A DNA stretch of 64,000 bases, taken from the IMG/VR virus record IMGVR_UViG_3300029319_000003, positions 32,001-96,000 of that record; one strand, written 5' to 3'. Source of the DNA: a virus. Below the pieces are notes generated by a model. It searched no databases. It was not told the origin of the DNA and saw nothing but the letters and a program-made list of their open reading frames with translations. Every line of letters begins with the position of its first letter. Positions within the stretch are counted from its first letter, which is position 1. Below, piece after piece: positions 18,271-26,275 of the stretch. A program made the position numbers and the translations under genes.

Positions 18271-19032
18271 CTACCGCAGAAGGTCGTTAAAAGCCTGCTC
18301 AACGGACGTTGCGTTGTTGCCAGCGCTGTTGTTGTAGCGCGTGGTTTCGCTGGACTGCTCTTCAGCAGATGAGTCATCCGAAAGATACTCATCGAGCAAA
18401 GTCTGAACATCAGCCGCAGTCTTGCGCTCAAAGAGATTGTCGGTATCTGGAATAGTCTCCAGAAGTTCCGCGCACTCTTCAGGCGTAATGTCAGGACAAA
18501 TCGCTGAAGTGCGACGATGTGGCGTCAGCCGAGTCACTGGAAACGACGCACCAGCAGGCTTGCCATACTGAAGAGTCAGGTCAGTGCCGGACTCGGCATC
18601 AGTAATATCGCCGTACTCTGGGTTGAGCACAAGATTAAGCAACTGCTCGTACACAGTCTTTCCATAGCCCCAGATGCGGATGCCCTTGTCCTCTTCACCG
18701 CGCACGATAACGGGTGAGAAGAATCGCTGACGTGCCATAAGGTTCTTTGCCAACTTGGTACTCTCCTCAGTTCCCTCGTTGAAGAGTTGCCGCACAAAAG
18801 AGTCGAGCGGATCATCTTCGCCAAAGTTCTTCTTGGGACTCAGGAAGCCGGCGTTCTTGCCAAGGTTGTAGTGAAACCAAAACTCCTTAAAGGGATCGCC
18901 GTCGGCGGTCGGAACAATCCGAATCACCTGTTCGCCATCCGTTGGACGCCAAAATTGAGAACGGTTACCGCCGCCTCCTCGGTTTTGCAATGCGTTCAAC
19001 TTGTTACGCATCTTCTTTAGATCAATTGCCAT
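18271..19032 (-). CDS. Single-stranded DNA-binding protein, gp32-like
   Basis: FWRPTDG...IRIVP...PFKEFWFHY, GIRIWGYGKTVY, YGDITDAESGTDL, acidic C-terminal tail; adjacent to recA. Confidence 0.8.
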   Translation of the reverse strand: MAIDLKKMRNKLNALQNRGGGGNRSQFWRPTDGEQVIRIVPTADGDPFKEFWFHYNLGKNAGFLSPKKNFGEDDPLDSFVRQLFNEGTEESTKLAKNLMARQRFFSPVIVRGEEDKGIRIWGYGKTVYEQLLNLVLNPEYGDITDAESGTDLTLQYGKPAGASFPVTRLTPHRRTSAICPDITPEECAELLETIPDTDNLFERKTAADVQTLLDEYLSDDSSAEEQSSETTRYNNSAGNNATSVEQAFNDLLR

Positions 19033-19093
19033 GATTCATTCTCCTTGTTAAAGTCAACTTAGCGAATCTTCCAAGTTGCTATGTTGTTTAGTT

Positions 19094-19122
19094 AATATAA
19101 CACACCCGCTAAGGAGTGTCAA
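19094..19122 (-). promoter_or_regulatory. Sigma70-type promoter TTGACA-N17-TATATT
   Basis: -35 at 19117-19122, -10 at 19094-19099, upstream of SSB. Confidence 0.75.
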
Positions 19123-19966
19123 GCACTTTTTCATAGTTTTTTTGAACTATTTTACTGTGTGCCAAGCAGTAAACGTAATTTTCTTCATAAGATGTAGAGT
19201 GGACCATATAAGAAACAGCGCAGTCTTCGCTTCGTCTGTCTTTAATCTGGCTGCGAATATCTCTAAACAGACTGCCATCCTTTTCTATGGAATCTTTATT
19301 GATAGCATAATAATAACACTTGTCTGCGATTGTGTCAAGAGGAAAAAATAACTTTTCTTCATTTTTTTCAAAATCGACCACGCCGAGCGTTGATATGCGT
19401 GCTGGATTACTCGGCTGTGCGGAAAAATCAATCTCCGGCTTTGTCTTGTTAAAGACGTTGATCATATGAAAAGTCGAGACGACCGTCTGATTGATAGCCT
19501 CATAATAAGAAGACAACGGCACCTCCCCGATAACGTCCTCGACCACCAAATTAGATACCATATACATTCTTTCAAAAACACCAGAACGGGCATACTGCTG
19601 TAAAACACCCGATACCACACGCTCTCTTAGCACGGCTCGCTCGTTCAGCAAATCAACGTCAGGCTGAATGTACAGAATGCTGATATTGTGATCTTTTATA
19701 TTTTTTAGAATTTGCAGTGTTGCACCGGATACTTTGCCGGAACCAGCGAGCACAAATAGTACCTGCCCGCTGGCTTGCTTTAAAAACTTGCCGAGCCCAC
19801 GGAAATTGCCTCTGTCGTATGACTCATGATCTGACCGCTTCGGAAGAGAATAGCAGTTTTCGCCTTTTAACCCTGCGTCAAGTTTTAAAATCTTGTATTG
19901 TGGGTATGCTGCAAAGCGATCTGCAATAGCACACCCAGCAGAGCCGAGTCCAATTATCGTGTCCAC
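19109..19966 (-). CDS. Divergent tubulin/FtsZ-family protein
   Basis: IIGLGSAGCAIAD (T1 loop), FVLAGSGKVSGAT (position of GGGTGSG), ILYIQPD, MYMVSN follow the FtsZ N-domain order. Confidence 0.7.
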   Translation of the reverse strand: MDTIIGLGSAGCAIADRFAAYPQYKILKLDAGLKGENCYSLPKRSDHESYDRGNFRGLGKFLKQASGQVLFVLAGSGKVSGATLQILKNIKDHNISILYIQPDVDLLNERAVLRERVVSGVLQQYARSGVFERMYMVSNLVVEDVIGEVPLSSYYEAINQTVVSTFHMINVFNKTKPEIDFSAQPSNPARISTLGVVDFEKNEEKLFFPLDTIADKCYYYAINKDSIEKDGSLFRDIRSQIKDRRSEDCAVSYMVHSTSYEENYVYCLAHSKIVQKNYEKVLDTP

Positions 19967-21144
19967 TCTAACTCCTTCATTTGACCATAATTAGTTCCAA
20001 CAGCGAGATTGACCCTCATTTGACCCAGCGATGTGGCAGAAAAAGTGTTCAACAATTCCCCCAACATCAAGCGATCATCTTGGTGCAAATCAATCACAAC
20101 ACTGTCATGAAGACAGAAACTAATAAATGACTTCTTGCCCTCCAGCAGCCAATTAAGTGCAATCATTTGCCTCAACACCATGTCAGCAGTTGTGCTCTGG
20201 ATCAAATAATTCAAAGCATGATGGGCATCTGAACTAATAGATCGATCCCAAATGGTCGTCACTTGGCTTCCATTGAAGTACTTCTGTACCACCTTGTCTC
20301 GCTCGTACAGCCGACCCGAAAGATGATCATTTGAGTCGGGATTGTATAGCCAAGCAAAAATTCTTTCTTTGGCTTTCTCTCTTGTTCCTGCACCTCGATA
20401 AACATTCTTCAAATTCCAATCGTGTATGTCTTCTGCCGGCTGGTCCTTTCCAGACAAAGCCAGAAGCACTCGCAACTCTGCTGCGTTATAATCCAACTCC
20501 ACAAAATAGTCATTGGTTGGCTTAATAATTTTGCGATTGCGCTTGTCAAGATTGAGTATGGGAAAACTATTTTGCTCCAAACCTAAGCGACCTGTCTTTG
20601 TACCAAAGATATTATATTTTATGTGCTGTGTCGGCTGGGCTGTCATTCGCTGCCACAATCTCCGTGACCGGGGGGAGGCGCGATCAATTAAACTTGGGTC
20701 AATCTTTAACGGGCGGCTGGCAATCTCTGTGGTCAACTCCTGAAGATCTGCCAAAAATCTATAATTTGCTGGCTCATCGTGGGTATCGAAAACATGTTTC
20801 GAAATCTGGCTCTTAATATCGCAATACTCCATCAGAAACCTATGCGGCACCAAGTCAAAGAAGCAATTTTCGTCCAGCGACACCTTGGCGTTGATAAACG
20901 ACCGCAAATACGCCTTCAGGCGGTTAGAAATATAATCCCACTCTCCAGTCAAATCAGAAGGACATGCATCCTGCAAAGAAGCCCCGCCGCAGTACAGCCG
21001 AGCATATTTCACGTCAAGCCCCTTAAGGTAAGGTGCATATGACCATGTTTTTGTAAGACCGTCGGGCAGCGAACCCATCGTCAGTTCACCATCGGCGTAT
21101 ACACCAACGCACTCACCCTTGTCATCAAGAGTTTGAAAAATCAT
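19954..21144 (-). CDS. Miniature family A DNA polymerase-like protein
   Basis: KTGRL, motif A LDYNAAELRV, motif B REKAKERIFAWLY, NYLIQSTTAD, motif C LHDSVVID; 396 aa. Confidence 0.85.
   Translation of the reverse strand: MIFQTLDDKGECVGVYADGELTMGSLPDGLTKTWSYAPYLKGLDVKYARLYCGGASLQDACPSDLTGEWDYISNRLKAYLRSFINAKVSLDENCFFDLVPHRFLMEYCDIKSQISKHVFDTHDEPANYRFLADLQELTTEIASRPLKIDPSLIDRASPRSRRLWQRMTAQPTQHIKYNIFGTKTGRLGLEQNSFPILNLDKRNRKIIKPTNDYFVELDYNAAELRVLLALSGKDQPAEDIHDWNLKNVYRGAGTREKAKERIFAWLYNPDSNDHLSGRLYERDKVVQKYFNGSQVTTIWDRSISSDAHHALNYLIQSTTADMVLRQMIALNWLLEGKKSFISFCLHDSVVIDLHQDDRLMLGELLNTFSATSLGQMRVNLAVGTNYGQMKELEWTR
19988..19995 (-). promoter_or_regulatory. Late-promoter-like box ACTAATTA upstream of the tubulin-like gene
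   Basis: Fits ACTANTTA; 21 nt upstream of ATG 19966, inside the polA 3' end. Confidence 0.4.
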
Positions 21145-21153
21145 CGACCCCTC

Positions 21154-22455
21154 TTAGAAGTAAAAAGTACCCGGCTCGTTGCTAAAAGCCATTTCCTCTA
21201 ATATACACGCAATTTCTGCATCTGTCAAGTTTTTTTGATCAAATACTGGAACAGTATAATCGTTTTTGAACTGATTGTTAATATATTTCATTGCAGTCTT
21301 CTTGTCAACATGTCTATTGAAATTTTGTGCTCTTTTCACAATTCTGTCAAACTGCATCTGATCCCAGTTTTTGTTCATTTCATGAGCACGAATAAAAACC
21401 AACATCCGAATCCAATAATCATCAGCATATCTTTCATCCAACTCAGCGCGTGTAATCTTTTTTCTCTCTGATAACACTGTGGTTGTGATCAGGCGACCCT
21501 TGTGCCGGCGAGTGACCAGTTCTTGTACCATTGGAGTCATAGTAACATACGAATTATAAAAGTCAAGCACATATGTTTTTAAAGTGTCCATGTCCGTCAA
21601 ATGAGACTTGTAAAAACCACGCTGGAACGCCTGAGCCGCATTATCGATATTGTACTCTTCCATATATCGCTGCATTGCGGGCGAGTCGAGGTCAGCATAT
21701 AGTCTCCAAGGGGCGTTCTTGTCAACATAAAACCCAAACTGCATGGCGGCTTGCCGGAAGAAACTAAAGTTGGCATTTTTAATAAACCCTCTGTATTTCA
21801 GATCATCATTATCGTGAGGCGCATCTTTTTCTATGTCGATAGCCAGTCCGCTAATCATTGGGTCGCAATACTTCGACATTAACCAATGACTTCTTGTGAC
21901 TGGGAAACCCCTGCCGATAAAGGCAGGGACATATTCATTTACAAAGAGTTGCACAAAAGACTTCCAGTCCACAAGGCGCTGTGCCTTAAGGCTGTTCTGA
22001 AGGAACTTGTCAGTAAACCCGGTGAAAATAAAACTAGCCCATTGATGATATGCCGAATGGGGCGACTGCCAGCCTCTTTTTGGCGCTAACGTCAAATACG
22101 GACCATCTTCCTTACTAATCTTGTTGCCATATGCCGCTTCCTTAAAATACTCTCGCAAGCCTTCGAACGCTTCAGCGACGTAATTCATCACCATATATGT
22201 TTTACCGTCTATGGTTCGTAACTGCTTTAACGGTGCTTCCGATGCAAAAACTGTGTCGCCCTCGGTGTCAATTCTGCCATAAAACGGCTTGTCATACCAA
22301 ACATCAATAGGCTTGGCTCCAATTTCAGGATAAGAATATTTTTTATATTTATCTCTCTGGTGGAACAGTGGATATGTCTTGAGTTTATTCTCTCCCTTGG
22401 GATTTGTAATAACTCTAGCGTTCGGTGTTGGCGGCAATTTTTTATATTTAGACAT
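21154..22455 (-). CDS. Hypothetical protein (end of baseplate operon)
   Basis: 433-aa ORF overlapping the stop of the hub-like gene; no motif recognised. Confidence 0.85.
   Translation of the reverse strand: MSKYKKLPPTPNARVITNPKGENKLKTYPLFHQRDKYKKYSYPEIGAKPIDVWYDKPFYGRIDTEGDTVFASEAPLKQLRTIDGKTYMVMNYVAEAFEGLREYFKEAAYGNKISKEDGPYLTLAPKRGWQSPHSAYHQWASFIFTGFTDKFLQNSLKAQRLVDWKSFVQLFVNEYVPAFIGRGFPVTRSHWLMSKYCDPMISGLAIDIEKDAPHDNDDLKYRGFIKNANFSFFRQAAMQFGFYVDKNAPWRLYADLDSPAMQRYMEEYNIDNAAQAFQRGFYKSHLTDMDTLKTYVLDFYNSYVTMTPMVQELVTRRHKGRLITTTVLSERKKITRAELDERYADDYWIRMLVFIRAHEMNKNWDQMQFDRIVKRAQNFNRHVDKKTAMKYINNQFKNDYTVPVFDQKNLTDAEIACILEEMAFSNEPGTFYF
21200..21228 (-). promoter_or_regulatory. Sigma70-type promoter TTGACA-N17-TATATT embedded in the 3' end of the upstream ORF
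   Basis: -35 at 21223-21228, -10 at 21200-21205; marks the boundary between structural and replication blocks. Confidence 0.7.
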
Positions 22456-25151
22456 TATGGCATCTCCATGTCAGCCGGAGCAGTTGGCATGCCATCAGTA
22501 TCTCCGTCGTCACCACAGGATTCCTCTGGGGTGTTTGGATCAGGCTGACCGTCGCCAAAGGCTGTAAATATGCACTCTACATCTGTGCTAAACTTGCCAC
22601 GCTCAATTGCACCCTTAGCCTTGAGGACAGTATAATATCCTCCGAGCCCCATGCCTTTGATTGCGTCAAACGTAGCACCCGGCGCGGAAGAAACGACCAT
22701 CGCCGGATCAACATACAACATCATTCCCGGTTTAAAAATGGAATTTCCGAACATTTCAACATCAACATTATAAGGCATCGGGCGATAATTGGGTGTATCT
22801 CCACCATCGGTGGGGTTTGTCATGTGACTCTCTCTCATGCCGGGTATTTCCATTTTTTTAAATTTCACCTTTTTGGTCAAACCACGATCACAACCCATCT
22901 TAATCCAAGGAATTCCCTCTTCGGCATCGCGTGCCTCTGCCTCTGCGTGACTAGGCTCCCAAGCGTTCAATGACCGTGCGCCTTGAGAGTTTGCATAAAC
23001 AATAAAGTAATCTCCAGACATTAATCCCATCCTGTTTTCTCCAGTTGGAAAAGGCTGGATTTCAGTCACCAGAATATTACCAAACGGCTCTTCAGATGGT
23101 TGATTGGACATTCTGTCTTTCGGACCATCAGCAAACGGCGCATTGACAGTGGTCATGGAAACCCGTGTTCTGGTGCCTCGCATTTCATTGCCAAAGCATC
23201 GCGGAGATAACGCTGGACCGATAAGTGTTGTAATCGTATCTTTAATAAAATCTTTAAGAGCATACTTTTCGCGCTCTGGCTTAACCACCTTATCCAAAAA
23301 CCAGACATTGAACAACTCCAAAGAAATGGGAATGTCTGCGAGGCAGTAGTTTTTGACCTCTTGAGTAAAAGGATCCGATATGCGTATCGGTCCAACTACT
23401 GGTCGTAACTCTTTCAAACTTCTTGGAGCCTCGTCCCGACGCAGAACAGACAGCGCAACATCCAGCAAGTCACCGTAATAAAAGTAAAACATTTTTTCTT
23501 TGGTTGAGGCGGTATCATCAGGGGTCTGCCGATCTCGCAAACGATCTACGTCCTCTGTTCGATGTTCTGCTGTTCTCTCGGCACCTTGGATGCCAAGCGA
23601 GCCACGATCTGCAATATCTGTGCCGATGCCATCCAATTGGCGATTTAAATTTTGTCTACCGCCGGTGGATGCAAAATCCGATTGTGCAGCAGCAACGGCT
23701 GCTTGGTCGTTTCGATCCACAACTTGATTTGCCCATGATGGATTGGGATCACGCCCTCGCTCGGCGCGGCGTTCTGCTGCTGCCCTGTCAGTCAACTGCC
23801 CGCCTCTTATATTAAAATCCGGTCCTACAAGCATGTCTACTTCTGCAAGGACAGCGCCCATCTCTTCGATCTGCTCGTTCTCAAGAGTAATACTAAAAAT
23901 ACCATTTCGATTGTACAACTGCTCCATCATATTACCATAAATAATATTCCTGTTATACATGTTTCGAATTGCAATGTTTTCACGCTCTCTTTCTTGATCT
24001 TCTGTGACCTCTTCCTCATTGTGATTTTCGTCATTATAAGAGCCAAGCCATCCCTGTCGTTGCGTGCCACCGGTGCAGGCGTCTTGCTCTTTTGCATCAG
24101 CCAGTTCATCATCCATTTCTTCTAGTCGCGCAGCATCTGCTGCCATTTGTTCCTGAACGCTTAGATTGGGGTCATTGCCTAATTGCTCTTGTGGAGATTG
24201 ACGGTGCATGCTCAATGAGAACAAACCGGGCTCTTGAGTGAAGCCCCTGTCGGTATTTCCAGAGCCCTCCAGTCCTGCCAAAAGTGCATCTGCTTCTGGA
24301 ACGTCTAAACTCCCTTCGGCAGCGGCAATATAGTCAATCGTTACTTCGCATGAACCGTCATTTTTAAAATCAATTTCATGACCCGTGTAGTTTAAGAAGT
24401 AGGTTGAAGTGGCGTTTAAAACAGCCTCTCGGAATGTTGCAAGATCTTCTGTGGGAGTAGTTATATTTTCACCATAATTTGCCGGCAATGGCGCATAGCC
24501 AACAACAACCTTAAATCGAAAATATTCTGGATTGTAGCCGCCGGCTCTTAAAATTCTTCCTTCCGCTGATGGGTTGAACATCTCTAAAAATCGGAATTGG
24601 TGAAGCCCCCCATTTTCATCGGCTATACCAGTGTGAAGCGTAAACATGTCATCTAAAGACGAAAACCTCAATTTCATCTTTGCCTCAATTACGCGAGATG
24701 CTTCAGCGGGGTTGGATCCCGCAAGTTCCCATTCAAAAGATTTAATTCCATTGCCGGGAACGCGACCGCCATGCCGTGCCGTAATATTCTCGACGGAGGA
24801 TGGATCCATGTGATCATCAAACGGAATCTCTATGTGAGCCTGATTTGTCCCATCTTCGTTCGGATAAAAAACTTTATATACTTTTATGCGAGGCACCAGA
24901 GCAGAAACTTCTGCCGGAGTTGCATTCATTAAGTAGCCGACATTCCCCGGCGACACTAACTTTTGGACCATTGCCTGTGGGGATGACGAAGTATCGGAAC
25001 CCCCCGAATACAGTTTTGCAAAATTTGGATATGGATGACCACTGTTTTTACCACAAAAAAGATCCAAGTAAGTCGTGAAGAAACACTGCTGCTGAAACCT
25101 TACGGATTCTTCGCGCTGCTCGTCATCGCCAATAACTTCATCATCTGCCAT
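22455..25151 (-). CDS. Putative baseplate hub-like protein
   Basis: 898 aa. C-terminal NVDVEMFGNSIFKPGMMLYV...GLGGYYTVLKAKGAIERGKFST resembles gp27/gpD hub C-termini; lies downstream of the LysM and tube-initiator genes. Confidence 0.55.
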   Translation of the reverse strand: MADDEVIGDDEQREESVRFQQQCFFTTYLDLFCGKNSGHPYPNFAKLYSGGSDTSSSPQAMVQKLVSPGNVGYLMNATPAEVSALVPRIKVYKVFYPNEDGTNQAHIEIPFDDHMDPSSVENITARHGGRVPGNGIKSFEWELAGSNPAEASRVIEAKMKLRFSSLDDMFTLHTGIADENGGLHQFRFLEMFNPSAEGRILRAGGYNPEYFRFKVVVGYAPLPANYGENITTPTEDLATFREAVLNATSTYFLNYTGHEIDFKNDGSCEVTIDYIAAAEGSLDVPEADALLAGLEGSGNTDRGFTQEPGLFSLSMHRQSPQEQLGNDPNLSVQEQMAADAARLEEMDDELADAKEQDACTGGTQRQGWLGSYNDENHNEEEVTEDQERERENIAIRNMYNRNIIYGNMMEQLYNRNGIFSITLENEQIEEMGAVLAEVDMLVGPDFNIRGGQLTDRAAAERRAERGRDPNPSWANQVVDRNDQAAVAAAQSDFASTGGRQNLNRQLDGIGTDIADRGSLGIQGAERTAEHRTEDVDRLRDRQTPDDTASTKEKMFYFYYGDLLDVALSVLRRDEAPRSLKELRPVVGPIRISDPFTQEVKNYCLADIPISLELFNVWFLDKVVKPEREKYALKDFIKDTITTLIGPALSPRCFGNEMRGTRTRVSMTTVNAPFADGPKDRMSNQPSEEPFGNILVTEIQPFPTGENRMGLMSGDYFIVYANSQGARSLNAWEPSHAEAEARDAEEGIPWIKMGCDRGLTKKVKFKKMEIPGMRESHMTNPTDGGDTPNYRPMPYNVDVEMFGNSIFKPGMMLYVDPAMVVSSAPGATFDAIKGMGLGGYYTVLKAKGAIERGKFSTDVECIFTAFGDGQPDPNTPEESCGDDGDTDGMPTAPADMEMP

Positions 25152-25166
25152 AATCTATGCTCCTAA

Positions 25167-25508
25167 TCAACCAAGTCGCAACATGTCAAACACCTTATGA
25201 AGCGGCATTGGAATTTTAATCACATCTCCAATCTTAACATGCGCCTCTGTCGGCGTTTGGTTAAACCATGCGATGACCCACCAATACTCTGGCTTGCCAT
25301 AATACTTGTGAGCCAATTTATAAAATCGATCTCCCCGAACCCAAATATGACCATGACGCTCTAATGTGCGAATCTGCTCCACGGTGGGGTGCGACATGTT
25401 CGCAGTCATGTATTGCATAATGTGTTTAACATTCCTTTCACGAAATACCTCACTATACATTCTGCTTTTATTTTTTCTGATCTCACGACCACCGTTTCTT
25501 TTAGCCAT
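25167..25508 (-). CDS. LysM-domain baseplate wedge protein (gp53/gpX-like)
   Basis: HIWVRGDRFYKLAHKYYGKPEYWWVIAWFN...IGDVIKIP. Confidence 0.85.
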   Translation of the reverse strand: MAKRNGGREIRKNKSRMYSEVFRERNVKHIMQYMTANMSHPTVEQIRTLERHGHIWVRGDRFYKLAHKYYGKPEYWWVIAWFNQTPTEAHVKIGDVIKIPMPLHKVFDMLRLG

Positions 25509-26248
25509 CAGGTTCCCTCCATATCAGCGGCATCTGCTGCTTGCCACGGCATTGCTGAAGGGTCACTATTTGCGTTTCCACCTGAAGCCCAGTCCTCGGG
25601 ACCGGGGGGTGGATCGCCTTGACCTTCTCCATATGGGAAGGGGTCGAACCCTTCCCTTGCACCACCGCCGCTGGAGTATCCAAGGCGGTGAGTGTGTAAA
25701 ACATTTAGATCACACGACAGTTCCAAAATTTTGGGATACAGCAACCCATCAGAAGGAACAAACATGCCTTCATCTAAGTTGGGCGAAAACTCAAACCCTG
25801 AAACAGTACACAACAGCCCAGCAGACTCGGCAGAAGCACCATCAGCGGATGCTCCCATAGCAGCGTCTTGAATTAGGTTTGTAAACTTAACTTTAAACAG
25901 TGGCGCACCGCGCAAACCAGCGGCACCAGCGCCTCCTTCGTCATATGTTGGATACAGCATAGAAAATAATTTTTCACACTTTTGCATATTAAATCGCGCC
26001 TCGTCTGTGTGTGCCGAGACAATCGTCCATCCAATATTCAGCGAACGCTTTGTGCCAGAATAAGTTTGGATTTCATCCATTCGACCATACACCGACTCAG
26101 ACTCCCAAGCGGTTTCATAAGAGTCACTGTAATCGGTAAGCATTGCCCGAAAGGTTACACTCTCGCCCAAAAGAACACTAAAAAACTCAATCGTGAGTTT
26201 TGCGTTCTCTGCAACATTTAAACCTAAGTCTCCGTAGATCTGTGCCAT
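25508..26248 (-). CDS. Putative tail tube initiator / baseplate protein
   Basis: VTFRAMLTDYSDSYETAWESESVYGRMDEIQTYSGTKRSL pattern; lies between the tape measure and LysM genes. Confidence 0.65.
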   Translation of the reverse strand: MAQIYGDLGLNVAENAKLTIEFFSVLLGESVTFRAMLTDYSDSYETAWESESVYGRMDEIQTYSGTKRSLNIGWTIVSAHTDEARFNMQKCEKLFSMLYPTYDEGGAGAAGLRGAPLFKVKFTNLIQDAAMGASADGASAESAGLLCTVSGFEFSPNLDEGMFVPSDGLLYPKILELSCDLNVLHTHRLGYSSGGGAREGFDPFPYGEGQGDPPPGPEDWASGGNANSDPSAMPWQAADAADMEGT

Positions 26249-26267
26249 TTGCCCACTCCTTATGACC

Positions 26268-26275
26268 TAACTAGT
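26268..26275 (-). promoter_or_regulatory. Candidate late promoter ACTAGTTA
   Basis: Abuts the TMP stop; about 20 nt upstream of the ATG at 26248. Confidence 0.55.

Noticed and set aside
19109-19966. Calling this a nucleus-forming jumbo phage because of the tubulin-like gene
   Set aside because: No chimallin or multisubunit RNAP genes in the window; the head module is T4-like; the tubulin motifs are degenerate.
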